The notes beneath the pieces were generated by a model. The model was not told where the DNA came from, searched no databases, and worked only from the letters and a program-made list of their open reading frames with translations. From a virus (lineage: Duplodnaviria > Caudoviricetes), in IMG/VR virus record IMGVR_UViG_3300046727_000401, positions 782 to 64,781 of that record: 64,000 nt of DNA; one strand, 5' to 3'. Positions 18,013 to 28,153 of the stretch are shown here, piece by piece (position 1 is the stretch's first letter; the number at the start of each line of letters is the position of its first letter). Position numbers and translations under genes: made by a program.

Positions 18013-19092
18013 TCACGAGACGGTGATCACGCCGGGACGGATCACCTGGTTGGCCGTGGGCACGACGTCCGCGACCGGCGCGGACAGCACCAGCGCGTTG
18101 AGCGCGTCGGGGTCGACGCCGATCGCCGCGGACTTGATCGAGTCCAGGAACAGCGTTTCGCCCTGGCGCTGCTTGGCCATGCGACCGGCGATCGCGGTGG
18201 CGGCGAGCGCGCCCAGCACCGACGTGTCAACGCCCGGCTCCGCGACCAGCGTGCCGGTGACGTTGACGATCAGCGCCGCGCCGCCGAACACGCTCACGAT
18301 CGAGCCGGCCGCGCGCCAGTTCTCGATCTCGGTGACCACGTCGGCGACCATCTGCGCCGTGCTGTTGCCGTCGGAGTCGGTGACCACGAGCGTCACGATG
18401 CCGGAGATCGGATCCTCGGTGGCGCGCGCGATCCGCACGCTCGGGACCTGCAGCGCGCCGAACTCGAGCGCGCCGAGCGTCCCGCGACGCAAGGTCTGCC
18501 AGAAGTTGCGCGCGCGCACGCGGAGCTCGTCGTCGCTCTCGCCGTCGTTGCCCCCGCCCGCGGTCGCCGCGTTGGTGACGGTCAGCGTGGGATCGAACGG
18601 CGAGCCGATGAGCCGCGTGATCTGCCCGGCGGCGACGTTGCCGGCACGGCCCGCGATCTGCGCGGTCACGCCGACCGTGTGCGGCCCGTTGTCGGCGAGC
18701 GCGAACGTTACGTTGCTGTCGAGGGTGAAGACCTGCGAATTGCCGCTGGAGTCGATCTGCGAGGCGACGGAGAACCCGGCGAGGAGCGTGCCGCCGGCGC
18801 CGGCGCTGGTCCGCGCCAGCGTGACGGTGGCCTGCGCGAACGTCGCGACGTTGCGCTGAATGTTCAGGTGGTCGTTCACGAGGGCGGTGAGCGCGTCGCC
18901 CTTGGCCGTGTCGATGAAGGTGTCCTTGAGCGCCTGCACGATCAGGCGGATCACCGCGTCCGCCATCGCGCCGGCGCCGTGCTGGAGCGCGGTGGTGACG
19001 TCGCCTTCGAGGAACGTGAGCGTCGGCAGGTGGACCAGCGCCTCCGCCTCGAACTGGGTCAGAAGGTCATCGAACGACGGAGAAACCGGCAT
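18013..19092 (-). CDS. Baseplate J/gp47-family protein
   Basis: FIDTAKGDAL, GRAGNV, GGNDGESDDELRVR, RRGT. Confidence 0.9.
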   Translation of the reverse strand: MPVSPSFDDLLTQFEAEALVHLPTLTFLEGDVTTALQHGAGAMADAVIRLIVQALKDTFIDTAKGDALTALVNDHLNIQRNVATFAQATVTLARTSAGAGGTLLAGFSVASQIDSSGNSQVFTLDSNVTFALADNGPHTVGVTAQIAGRAGNVAAGQITRLIGSPFDPTLTVTNAATAGGGNDGESDDELRVRARNFWQTLRRGTLGALEFGALQVPSVRIARATEDPISGIVTLVVTDSDGNSTAQMVADVVTEIENWRAAGSIVSVFGGAALIVNVTGTLVAEPGVDTSVLGALAATAIAGRMAKQRQGETLFLDSIKSAAIGVDPDALNALVLSAPVADVVPTANQVIRPGVITVS

Positions 19093-19095
19093 GGG

Positions 19096-19593
19096 CTACC
19101 TGATCTCCAGGTGGATGGGGAGCGCCTGGTCGCCGCGGAGTCGGCCCTTGGGCGTGATCTTCACCGACAGCCGGATGCCCGGCGATCCATCCTCGAGCGG
19201 CGTCACCGTGGCCAGGTCGACCGTAAGCACGCGCGGATCCCGCAGGCTCTGCGCGCGCACGCGGCTCTCCAGCTCGGCGCGCGCGGCGGCGGTGTTCTTG
19301 CCCTTGACGTACTGTCGGCACCCGGCCCCGTAGTTGGGCGCGGTCTTCCAGTCCCCGGGGTTGGTCAGGTAGCGGCGGATCAGCGACTGCCGCAGCGCCT
19401 CGTGCTCCGTCACCATGGTGACGTCGCCCGCCGGCGTGATCACGTAGTTCGCGTGCCCGGTCTGGTCGGGCTGCGAGACATCGAACCAGATATCCGATCC
19501 GAAGAACTTGCCGACTTGTGCGGCGATCTCAGCCTCGGTGAGGCCGCCGCCGGTGCCGCCGAGCTCGAACGGTAGGGACAGGGGGAAGGTCAT
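19096..19593 (-). CDS. GPW/gp25-family baseplate protein
   Basis: LRQSLIRRYLTNPG...PNYGAG...DPRV. Confidence 0.85.
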   Translation of the reverse strand: MTFPLSLPFELGGTGGGLTEAEIAAQVGKFFGSDIWFDVSQPDQTGHANYVITPAGDVTMVTEHEALRQSLIRRYLTNPGDWKTAPNYGAGCRQYVKGKNTAAARAELESRVRAQSLRDPRVLTVDLATVTPLEDGSPGIRLSVKITPKGRLRGDQALPIHLEIR

Positions 19594-21284
19594 GCGTCAC
19601 CGAACGCGGCGACGAACCCGCAGGGTGCCGCATTGAAACTCGCGGACTTCTTGATCGTCGTGTTGCCCACCGCGCCCGCCGTGACCTTCGTGCCGACGGC
19701 GACCACGAGCACACCGAAGTTCCCCGTATTCAGGGCATACGGCTCGTCGGTGATGATGGTCAGGTTGGCAAGGTTCGCATTGACCACTGCGAAATGCTCG
19801 CCGAGGCTGAGGCCGCCGCCCTGCGTGACGAACGCGATCACCACCAGGCTGTTGTTCTTCGTCGTGGTCGGTCCGGCCATGGCGAAGTCGCTGTTCGAGA
19901 ACGAGGTCTCCTTGGACGTGACCACTGAGCCGTCGAGCGCGAGAGCACCCGCGCCGAACAGGGTGAACAGCTTGCAGTAGCTCTCATCGTTGCTGAGCAA
20001 AATCGTGGCGCCCGGCGCGTTGTGGTCGTTTGTGTCGAGGTCAGCCTGTGCGACCGGGCGCGAGAACAGCGCGAAGCCCTGCGTTGCTGTGCCGAATGCC
20101 TGCGTCGCATTGCCGAGCTGCGTCCACCCGGATGCCGGAATGGTGGGCGATGGAATCGCGACGTAGGTACCAGATGGCCACTTGTTGGACGCACAGAGGA
20201 GCAGCTGCAAGTGCTTGTCGCCGGTCATCGCGTAGGCCGCTGGCTTGAGCGTCGTGCTCGAGCCGGAGACCGGATGAAACTCCGGCTGGCCGTAGCCGAG
20301 GAATGCCGGAATCGTCGTCGTGCGCGGCAAGAGCCCGAGCTGGTCACGAGCCGCCGCCGCGAGGCGCTGGCCGATCGTGTAAATCCTGCGGGCGCCGTAG
20401 TGGATATTGTCGCTGTTGAGCCCCTGGTCGTCGGCGACCACAAGCCGGCAGCCGACGATCTCCTGAGAGGCCAGCAACATCTGCGGGCGGACCACCGTCG
20501 GGCGGAACGAGGAATCACAGTTGACGTTCATCTGGAGCAGGACGAGCTGCGCGCCTGGGAAGTCGATCAGGAACTGCGTCCAGAAGGTGACCCACCTGGA
20601 AGCGACCAGCGCCGCGTCGGTGGCGTTCGCGCCGTCGTTGGGTCCGAGGTCGCTGACCAGCAAGCTCAGCGTTCGGCCGCTCGCCGCCTCCGCGGCGCGG
20701 TAGCGCGCCTTCGCGAAGTTGTAAAAGTTGAGGCCGCCGAACGTCGGCGTCGAGGTGCCGTAGCTCGCGGCCGGCAGGCAGTCGAGCAGACGCACGCCCG
20801 AGATCGAGCAGCACACCAACCATGGCGTGTTGCTCTGCGTGGGCGCGGCGCCAAAGCCGTTGAGTAGGCTGAAGATCTCTTTCCCAAACGAGACCTCGGG
20901 GCCGAACCCGGGGAAGCTGGAAACGTTCGCCGCGCGCAGCGGGCCGCGCCCCATGTCGAAGGTCGGCACCGGCTCGCCCGCCGAGGTGCCATAGATCTTG
21001 TCGAGCAGGCAGCTGGGATTCGCGCTCAGAATGTCGTCCTGCCGGCTCGCGCCGTCAGTGGTCGCGCCAGCGGAGTTCCAGTTGCTGTTCCCGATGAACC
21101 CGATCAGCCGGTTGTTGCTCTGCGAGCCGAGCAGGAACGTCCGCACGTCGTCGAGGTACTGACAGATCTTGTTCCACTCCGCGGCGGTGATGTTCTTCGA
21201 CGGGTCATCGAGGCCGGACAGGGGCTTCTTGTCGCTCTTGGGGAACGGCAGCGGCAGGTTGTCGGTGACGAAGTTTTGCGGCAT
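19590..21284 (-). CDS. Tail-associated SGNH/SASA-like esterase
   Basis: IGNSN, LGPND and DNIHY catalytic blocks; C-terminal beta domain. Confidence 0.65.
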   Translation of the reverse strand: MPQNFVTDNLPLPFPKSDKKPLSGLDDPSKNITAAEWNKICQYLDDVRTFLLGSQSNNRLIGFIGNSNWNSAGATTDGASRQDDILSANPSCLLDKIYGTSAGEPVPTFDMGRGPLRAANVSSFPGFGPEVSFGKEIFSLLNGFGAAPTQSNTPWLVCCSISGVRLLDCLPAASYGTSTPTFGGLNFYNFAKARYRAAEAASGRTLSLLVSDLGPNDGANATDAALVASRWVTFWTQFLIDFPGAQLVLLQMNVNCDSSFRPTVVRPQMLLASQEIVGCRLVVADDQGLNSDNIHYGARRIYTIGQRLAAAARDQLGLLPRTTTIPAFLGYGQPEFHPVSGSSTTLKPAAYAMTGDKHLQLLLCASNKWPSGTYVAIPSPTIPASGWTQLGNATQAFGTATQGFALFSRPVAQADLDTNDHNAPGATILLSNDESYCKLFTLFGAGALALDGSVVTSKETSFSNSDFAMAGPTTTKNNSLVVIAFVTQGGGLSLGEHFAVVNANLANLTIITDEPYALNTGNFGVLVVAVGTKVTAGAVGNTTIKKSASFNAAPCGFVAAFGDA

Positions 21285-21844
21285 CACTTCCCCTTGAGCA
21301 CCGTGGTGCCCGTCGCTGTCGGAACCGTTCCGGTAGGTGGCCCCGCCGTGCCGCCGCCACCGCCGACAACCGGCAGGTGGAGCGTCGAGACGAAGGACGC
21401 GAGGTCCGAGACGTCGCTTTTGAGAGCCAACGACACCGCGCCGCCCGCGCCGTCGTGCACGACGACCTCAGTGCGCGTGATGACGATGCGGCCGGTAGCC
21501 GGCCCCTGGCCCGTGGGCACCCGGCCCGAGCTCAACACGTCGGTGATCGTCGGCATGAACTCGATCTGCCCCTCGGGTATCGTGACCATCACCTCTTCCC
21601 CGAGGTCGGGCACGCGCCACAGCGCGGCCGAGAGCCGGCAGGTCAGCGGGATGAGCGATGGCTGCAGCACGACCTCGACGAGCACATCGCTGTCGGTGAC
21701 CTCGAAGTGCGAGGCGCCGTCGTCGGGCGCGGTCACCAGGCCGATCGAGCACCACAGGCGCTGGTCGCTGAACGCCTTGCGCATGTCGGTGAGGTCGAGC
21801 TTCTTGCTCGCGCGCCGGCCGCGGAACGGGGCGGTGATCTTCAC
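21284..21844 (-). CDS. Baseplate spike (gpV-like)
   Basis: VPDLGEEVMV OB-fold motif; C-terminal H...GTAGPP. Confidence 0.75.
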   Translation of the reverse strand: MKITAPFRGRRASKKLDLTDMRKAFSDQRLWCSIGLVTAPDDGASHFEVTDSDVLVEVVLQPSLIPLTCRLSAALWRVPDLGEEVMVTIPEGQIEFMPTITDVLSSGRVPTGQGPATGRIVITRTEVVVHDGAGGAVSLALKSDVSDLASFVSTLHLPVVGGGGGTAGPPTGTVPTATGTTVLKGK

Positions 21845-21882
21845 GCCTTGACCTCCGTGCGTAGTCGTGCTACAAACTCGAC

Positions 21883-22179
21883 ATGCCCAAGACCTACCCA
21901 GAACCGATGACCATGACCGAGCGCGCCATACTGGACGAACTGAGCGCCATCGCCGCGCTTCCGTCCGAGGAGATGACCCTGGAGGATGCCCATCGGGCGC
22001 ACCATCTCAAGGGCTGCCTCGTCGTGATCGATAGGACTCGTCAGCCCGCCGGCAGTCGCGACGTCCGACCCCAGACCGCTGAATTCCAGTGCGACGTTTG
22101 CACTGCATGCGGCCCCCACGGCAACCCGTGCCCGTTCGAGCACTTTCCGCAAGGTCACTTCGTGCGACCTAGGAACTGA
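21883..22179 (+). CDS. Hypothetical Zn-binding protein (antisense insert)
   Basis: TTGACC-17-TACAAA-6-ATG; CDVCTAC...CPFEH. Confidence 0.65.
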   Translation: MPKTYPEPMTMTERAILDELSAIAALPSEEMTLEDAHRAHHLKGCLVVIDRTRQPAGSRDVRPQTAEFQCDVCTACGPHGNPCPFEHFPQGHFVRPRN

Positions 22180-22184
22180 GCCGC

Positions 22185-23906
22185 TCACTTCTGCCACCGC
22201 TTCCGCTGCGCGTCCTCGTACTGCTGGCTCCAGCCCACCGGCTTGCCGTCGCCGCCGCGCAGCGTCTGCCGCTTCGTGGCGAGCGTCGGCGGGGCCACCG
22301 CGCCGCTGTCCGGGCGGATCCCGTCGACCACCATGAAGTCTTGGAGCTCCATCTCGATCGAGATGCCGCTGTCGACGTCGTACTCGAACGTCCCTTCCTT
22401 GAAGCGCATCGGCCGGGTCAGCCCTTGAAGGATCGCGTAATGCTTGACGATGGTCGCGGCGACGCTCGACTGGTAGCCACGGGCCTCGAGGTGCCGCTGC
22501 TTGACGGCCGGCTCGAGGCCACTCGACAGCATCTCGAGATTGAACTCATCCCACTCGACGGTGAGCGCATCGCCCGCCGCGATGTCGAGGATGTTGACGC
22601 CGTGCAGATCCTTCAGGTCTCGGGTCTTCGCGATGAGCACGCGCTCGGCCTTGCCCAGCAGGTTGTAGCGGTTCTCCGCGATGCGCTGCAGCGTCGCCTG
22701 GTCCGTGATGCCGTGGACATCGACGATCTGGTACTCGTCGCGCTCGCGCACCGTCGTCTTGACCTTGCCCTTTTTCGAGACGCTCGTGCTCTCCTTGATT
22801 CGCCGCTTGAAGGTGAACGTGCCGCGCTTCTTGCCGCCGCCGTGGCTGGCCTTGAACACGCCGCTGCGGTCGATCGTGCCCGACGGGTGCTCTGCGGTGA
22901 GCGTGCCCTTCCCCGGCACGTACGAGCGAACCACGATCGTCGGCGCCTGCTCCTTGCCGAGGTGGCGCCGCATCGTCAGGTGTTCAAGATTCCGACCCCA
23001 CGCCATGCGGCGGATCTGCGAGACGTCCTTGTCGGTGATGGTCTTCGGCCGGCTGATCACCACGTCGAGGCCATCCACGAAACAGATAAACCCGTAGCGC
23101 TCGACGAGCTTGTAGATCACGTCCCAATAGCTGGTCTCTTGCTTGACCGGGATCCCGCGCTTGACGTTGGTGGCGACCTCGCTGTGCACGATCGGCAGCG
23201 TCGCCGCGTCGAGGCCGCGCACCGCGACGCCGAGCTGACCATCCGGGTCAGCCTCGCTGAGCAGGTCTTCGACGATGGTGTCAAGGCGCTTGCCGACCGG
23301 GATCCGCCGCGCGGTGCCGTTCGCGTTCGGCGGAAACTGCACCTGCGCGAGGAACGCAGTGTAGTCCTGCCCCTTGATCGTGACCCACTTCCCGTTTTCG
23401 CTGAGCTCGAGGTCGACGTCATCGAACGTGCCGACGATGCGCGGCTTGTTGCCGAGGGTGAACACGTCGCGCGCGGCGTCGGTGCCGAGCTCCAAGCTGA
23501 GCGTCTGCACGGCGTCGCGCGGTCGCGTGGCGCCGGGGTCGGCCGAGCTGAACGGGTGCTGGCGGTCGAGCACGCGCTGCTGGTCGGCGTTGCCGGCGTG
23601 CTCGAACAGGAAGATCTCCGCGGCGCCGGCGCGGATGATCTGCGGGTCGAAGGGCAGATCAAGCACGTCGAAAATGAGCTCGAAGCTGTCAGCCTGCTTG
23701 TAGCTGTTCACGTGGATGGTGACGTTCTTCGGGATGATCGGGATGACCTGGATTTCGCTGTCGCGCGCGGTGTCGCCGAACCCGTCGAGGATGACCTGCA
23801 GGATCGCGCGCGCCTGCGGTCGGTAGATGCGAGCGTGCGCGTCGCGCTGAGCATCGCCCACGGCCGCGGCGACCACGCGCTGTGCGGAGGCGGTCGGGCC
23901 TGGCAT
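22185..23906 (-). CDS. Baseplate hub (gpD-like)
   Basis: Lies between LysM and spike genes; ADSF, IKGQDYT, ETSYWDVI. Confidence 0.75.
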   Translation of the reverse strand: MPGPTASAQRVVAAAVGDAQRDAHARIYRPQARAILQVILDGFGDTARDSEIQVIPIIPKNVTIHVNSYKQADSFELIFDVLDLPFDPQIIRAGAAEIFLFEHAGNADQQRVLDRQHPFSSADPGATRPRDAVQTLSLELGTDAARDVFTLGNKPRIVGTFDDVDLELSENGKWVTIKGQDYTAFLAQVQFPPNANGTARRIPVGKRLDTIVEDLLSEADPDGQLGVAVRGLDAATLPIVHSEVATNVKRGIPVKQETSYWDVIYKLVERYGFICFVDGLDVVISRPKTITDKDVSQIRRMAWGRNLEHLTMRRHLGKEQAPTIVVRSYVPGKGTLTAEHPSGTIDRSGVFKASHGGGKKRGTFTFKRRIKESTSVSKKGKVKTTVRERDEYQIVDVHGITDQATLQRIAENRYNLLGKAERVLIAKTRDLKDLHGVNILDIAAGDALTVEWDEFNLEMLSSGLEPAVKQRHLEARGYQSSVAATIVKHYAILQGLTRPMRFKEGTFEYDVDSGISIEMELQDFMVVDGIRPDSGAVAPPTLATKRQTLRGGDGKPVGWSQQYEDAQRKRWQK

Positions 23907-25006
23907 CAGACGTTGCCTCGCTCTGGGATGATGAGCGTCTCCGACCCGGTCATCACGAAGCTGTGCAGCGCGTTCCGCTCGTGGATCAGCGCCCACGCGT
24001 GCGGCGTACCGTAGAACTTGCGGGCGATGCCGTAGAGGTGCTCACCGGCCTGGGGTCGGTACAGGCGCACGGCGTCCGGCTCGGCGTGTTCGGTGGCCGC
24101 GGCGTCGCCGTCGATCGACGAGCCCGCGACGATGCGCGCGGTGTAGCGCAGCGAGCGCGACCAGTCCTCGAAGTCGAGCACGTTAGCCGCGGTCCGCTCC
24201 GTCATGTCGAGGTCGGCGCGGATCGGCGCGAGCCGGACCAGCAGATCGCGCGCCGCGCCGCGCATCGAGCGGAACTGCGTGGCGATGCGCGAGAACACGT
24301 CCACGTTGGTCGTGATCGGCGCGAGCACGCTCTGGTCGATGCTCGCCGCGAGCGATTCGCGGAACGCGGTCATGTTCACGAGCACCTTGGTGACGTCGTC
24401 GGCGAGCGTTCCGCCGAGCACGTTCCGTGGAGCGAGCGCATCTGCATCGAGCGCGGCCTGCACCGACAGGTCCACCTTGTCCAGCGAGGTCAACGCGTCG
24501 TTGGGTGTGGTCGGAACCCGGGTCTGGTCACTCTCCTGGGGCTCGTTGTAGACGTCGAGGGTGAACTTGTAGTCGATGTCCCACAGCCGCTGCACCGGGC
24601 AGTCGTAGTCGGTGATGATCCCCTCGTACGCGATGTCGCCGTACTGCGCGCGCACGATGCGACCCCGCTTGCACATCGCGACGAAGCGCCGCCACTCGAA
24701 CCGCGCGTAGCCGTCGCCGTTGTAGCGGTCATCCCAGCGCCCCGAGAACGTGTGCGGCTTGTGGATATGGCCGAGAACCTGCACCGCAGGGATTACCGCG
24801 TTCGGGTAATTCGTGCGCACGGTGCGTTGCTGGCCGCCGATGCCCCAGGGCTTGATCGGGCACGCCTTCGCGCCGCCGCCCTTGGTGCCGTCGAATGGGG
24901 TCTTCGAGATCGGATCCGCGGTCCACTCGAAGCGCGCGAGGTCGTCCGCGCTCGACGGGTCCCCGCCGTCGGCGATCTCCTGCAGGGTGAAGACGTGTTC
25001 CGCCAT
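23906..25006 (-). CDS. Tail tube initiator with LysM-like C-terminus
   Basis: LYGIARKFYGTPHAWALIHERN...LIIP; follows tape measure. Confidence 0.8.
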   Translation of the reverse strand: MAEHVFTLQEIADGGDPSSADDLARFEWTADPISKTPFDGTKGGGAKACPIKPWGIGGQQRTVRTNYPNAVIPAVQVLGHIHKPHTFSGRWDDRYNGDGYARFEWRRFVAMCKRGRIVRAQYGDIAYEGIITDYDCPVQRLWDIDYKFTLDVYNEPQESDQTRVPTTPNDALTSLDKVDLSVQAALDADALAPRNVLGGTLADDVTKVLVNMTAFRESLAASIDQSVLAPITTNVDVFSRIATQFRSMRGAARDLLVRLAPIRADLDMTERTAANVLDFEDWSRSLRYTARIVAGSSIDGDAAATEHAEPDAVRLYRPQAGEHLYGIARKFYGTPHAWALIHERNALHSFVMTGSETLIIPERGNV

Positions 25007-26937
25007 CACCCCTCACGGATCGCGTGGAACGCGCTCGAGGGGTTCTTGGCCGCGTCGCGGAACTGCTCGATGAGCCCGAACGCGATGCGGTCCGGGTCGT
25101 CGCTCTGCACCTCGATGCGCGCGATGTGCACGCTCACGTTCGGCTTGTCGGCGATGGCCTTGTGCTTGCCGGTCGGATCCTCGGTGTCGGCGCGCAAGAT
25201 CGCGGTGATGGCCGCCGGGGAGATCGCGATCCCGCTGGTCAGCGAGCGGTTGATGTAGGTCAGGATGTCCTGCTGCGCCTTGGCCGTGTCGAGCGTCTGG
25301 CGCTGGTACTCGGTGAGCGTCATCAGGCCGAGTTCCCACGCGTCGGCGCCGGTGGCGACCATGGCGTCTTTCTGCGCCTGGAGCTGGTTCGCGCGCTCGA
25401 GCTGGGCCTGTGCGTATGCCTTCAGGCCGCCGGCCTTCGCGACCTCGTCATCCCCGACGCCCATCGCCTCGAGCTCCTTCATCTTCGCGATCATGACGTC
25501 GCCCGCGAACTCGTTGCCCTCGCGGTCGCGACGCATCGGTCCGCGCAAGGCGTCGCCAGCGAGGTTCGCCCTCTGCTTGTAGAGGTCGATCGCCGCCTGG
25601 ATGTTGTTCTCGGCCGCCGCCTTCTTTGGGGCCGCATCCGCGGCACGCTCCATGGCCTGCGTGAGCGTATCGGATGCCTTGGTGAGCAGCTCGAATTGCT
25701 TGCTCGTCTTGTCGAGCGCCAGCGTGGCCAGCGCGTGCGATGCCCCGAGCGCCTCGTTGAGGATTGAGCCGAACGCGTAGCCGAGCGCCAGCGATTGCGC
25801 GAGCAGGTTCGCGTTCGCGAACGCGCCCTTCATGCCGACGTTCTGCCGCCCCGCGCCGGCCGGCTCGAAGACATAGCCGCCGTTTTCGTCGAACCTGTCG
25901 CGCGCGCCGCGGCCCCACGCCATGAGCGACGAGCCGCGCGAGGCCAGGTTGGTCCCGCCCTCCGTCGCGCGTCCGCCGAGCACGCCGGCCACCTTCACGG
26001 CCAGCCAGATCTTCCCCATCGTCATCAGCGCCTCGCGGTGCTCGACGAGGAACCCGACGGCGTCCTTCATCACGCCGAACCCCTTCGCGATGCCATCGCC
26101 GATGGAGTGGGCGATGTTCGCGACGGTGTGCTCGTTCGCCGCAAGCCAGACGTTCCACCGCTGGATCTCCGCGGTCGCGGCCTTGAACAGGGGCAGCCCG
26201 ACCGCGCCGAGCCCGATCTGCAACTTGTCCTCCAGCGTCGAGGTCACGCCGGTCCAACTCGATGCAAACTCGTTCTGCGCGTTCTTCATGCTCTCGCTGT
26301 CGAGCGTGGCGCGCACCAGGTTGAGGCGCTTCGTCGCGCCCATCTGGCGGAACTCCTCCATCGAGACGTGCGCCATGCCGAGCATCTGTTTGGCGAACAT
26401 CATCCGCTGCGAGACGTTGCCGCTGAGCATCTCGGAGATCTCCAGCGCCGTGTACGCGGACTCGTAGCCGAACGCCTTCGCGGCGATCACTCCCTTTTCG
26501 GTGATCGTCGTCATGTCCTTGATGCTGCCGCCGGCCTGGAACGTGGCGACTGCGACCGCCTTGCCGAAGGTCAGAATCTCCTGGGTGGTGACCGGGGTCT
26601 CTGTCGAGAACTTCTGGAACTCGAGGTAGAGCCTGTTCGCGTTCTCGGTCGCCTGCTCCCACGAGCCCCCGAGGTTGCCCTGAAGCATCGCGGAGAGGCC
26701 GATCTTCGCGTTCTGCACGTTCGCGTTGAACCCTACCAACGCCTTCGCGGCATGCCCGAGCACGACGGCAAGCCCAGCTGTCGCTGCCGCGCCGAGCAGG
26801 CCGAACGACATCGCCGCATCCTTGTTCGCGCGCTCGAGCTGGCGCACGTCGCCCTTGAGCTCTTGCGTGCCCGTCCGGCCGCTGCGGTTGTCGACCGCAT
26901 ACCGAATCCCTACATTGTAGATGGTCTCGCCACTCAT
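25006..26937 (-). CDS. Tape measure protein
   Basis: 643-aa Ala-rich helical ORF after chaperone; FSTETP and SWTGVTSTLED motifs. Confidence 0.85.
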   Translation of the reverse strand: MSGETIYNVGIRYAVDNRSGRTGTQELKGDVRQLERANKDAAMSFGLLGAAATAGLAVVLGHAAKALVGFNANVQNAKIGLSAMLQGNLGGSWEQATENANRLYLEFQKFSTETPVTTQEILTFGKAVAVATFQAGGSIKDMTTITEKGVIAAKAFGYESAYTALEISEMLSGNVSQRMMFAKQMLGMAHVSMEEFRQMGATKRLNLVRATLDSESMKNAQNEFASSWTGVTSTLEDKLQIGLGAVGLPLFKAATAEIQRWNVWLAANEHTVANIAHSIGDGIAKGFGVMKDAVGFLVEHREALMTMGKIWLAVKVAGVLGGRATEGGTNLASRGSSLMAWGRGARDRFDENGGYVFEPAGAGRQNVGMKGAFANANLLAQSLALGYAFGSILNEALGASHALATLALDKTSKQFELLTKASDTLTQAMERAADAAPKKAAAENNIQAAIDLYKQRANLAGDALRGPMRRDREGNEFAGDVMIAKMKELEAMGVGDDEVAKAGGLKAYAQAQLERANQLQAQKDAMVATGADAWELGLMTLTEYQRQTLDTAKAQQDILTYINRSLTSGIAISPAAITAILRADTEDPTGKHKAIADKPNVSVHIARIEVQSDDPDRIAFGLIEQFRDAAKNPSSAFHAIREG

Positions 26938-27140
26938 CGTCGTTCGTCTTGCGGTCTGCTGCTCCCCGCCTCGTTCGCGCGCTCGATCAGATCGGTCAGC
27001 TCCTCGTTGGCCAGGTAACGGTCGGTCAGTCGCATGTCCAGGTAGTCGTCATGCGAGCCGGGCCACCCGTGGTAGTACGCGCGCGTGTACTCCTTCCAGA
27101 CTAGCCGGCGAGCCTCCCAGGCGAGGCGTTGGCGGGGGTC
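26934..27140 (-). CDS. Tail chaperone extension (gpT-like), probably made by -1 frameshift
   Basis: -1 frame RQRLAWEARRLVWKEY...DERR ends in ATGA overlap with the tape measure start. Confidence 0.55.
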   Translation of the reverse strand, partial: DPRQRLAWEARRLVWKEYTRAYYHGWPGSHDDYLDMRLTDRYLANEELTDLIERANEAGSSRPQDERR

Positions 27141-27613
27141 CCGTCGGTCCGAGGCGCGGACACGCCCACGGTCCGAGCCCCTCTCAGCCCCTCGAAGAAC
27201 TCCTCCGCCGGGAGCCCGTTCACGTCGTTGTAATACATGGCGAGCGCGTCCCACACGCGCTTGCCCCAGTCGTTGATCTCGGCGAGCGGCGCGCCGGTGT
27301 TGTTCACGTGCCGGTAGGCGACGGTGCCGTCCTCCAGCCGCGCGCCGAGCCCGACGATTGCGATCCGGATGCACTCGCGCTCCTCCGCCTCGCGCGACAG
27401 CTTGGCGCTCGACTTCTGCATCGTGGTCATGAGCGCGTCCGCCATCTCGGCGGCGGCGATGACGTCGCGGCTCTTGAGTTCGCGCACGAAGATCTCGGCG
27501 CACTCGGTGACCTGCTTGGGGAGGACGTACTGCTTGATGGGCCACGGCAGCGGGAATCGCTGCCGTAGCTCGCGCTCGAACCCCTCGAGCGCGTCGTTCC
27601 GTGGTTGCTCCAT
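27101..27613 (-). CDS. Tail assembly chaperone (gpG-like)
   Basis: Between tube and tape measure; FVRELKSRD. Confidence 0.7.
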   Translation of the reverse strand: MEQPRNDALEGFERELRQRFPLPWPIKQYVLPKQVTECAEIFVRELKSRDVIAAAEMADALMTTMQKSSAKLSREAEERECIRIAIVGLGARLEDGTVAYRHVNNTGAPLAEINDWGKRVWDALAMYYNDVNGLPAEEFFEGLRGARTVGVSAPRTDGTPANASPGRLAG

Positions 27614-27645
27614 GTGCTTGCTCCTGTGCTTGCTCCTGTGCTTGC
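27613..27645. repeat. 12-bp tandem repeat (TGTGCTTGCTCC x2.75) over the chaperone RBS
   Basis: Copies at 27613, 27625 and 27637 (partial). Confidence 0.85.
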
Positions 27646-27667
27646 CGGCGAACCCGCGCCGGCTCGG

Positions 27668-28111
27668 TCAGACGTTCAGCAGCTCACGCCGCTTGAACTT
27701 GCCGCTGTACTTCCCCCGGATCGGCTCCTTGCGCCCGCCGAACGACTCCTCGTCCTGCTTGACGAAGCCGAGATGGAACAGCGCCGCCCGGCTCGGGATG
27801 GTCGGGTCGGCGAACGTGTAGATCACCGTGAGCGTGATGTCGGCCGGGCGCTGGTGCTTCTGGAAGCGAGTGATCTGGTCGTCGACGTACTCGATACTCG
27901 CGGCGTCGATCGTGTCGATCGAGAACCCGACGTCCCACCCATGGTGCTGGAAGTCGAGGTCCGTCTCGTCCTCGCCAAGGTAGTCGTCCTCGTCGATCGT
28001 CGAGCGCGGCGTCGCGGTGAAGTCGCGCACCTTGATCATCGAGCCCTGCTGCAGGTCGCCGTCCGCGGTGATCCGAATATTTGCGCTTCTGCCGCGTGTT
28101 TTTATCGACAC
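27668..28111 (-). CDS. Tail tube protein
   Basis: 147 aa, directly after sheath. Confidence 0.75.
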   Translation of the reverse strand: MSIKTRGRSANIRITADGDLQQGSMIKVRDFTATPRSTIDEDDYLGEDETDLDFQHHGWDVGFSIDTIDAASIEYVDDQITRFQKHQRPADITLTVIYTFADPTIPSRAALFHLGFVKQDEESFGGRKEPIRGKYSGKFKRRELLNV

Positions 28112-28153
28112 CTCTTGACTCCGTTCTGCCTGTGCGATCCAGGCGATGGCGAG

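Noticed and set aside
27613-27645. Short repeats here and at 57947-57995 as CRISPR arrays
   Set aside because: Units are 10-12 bp and tandem, with no unique spacers and no cas genes.
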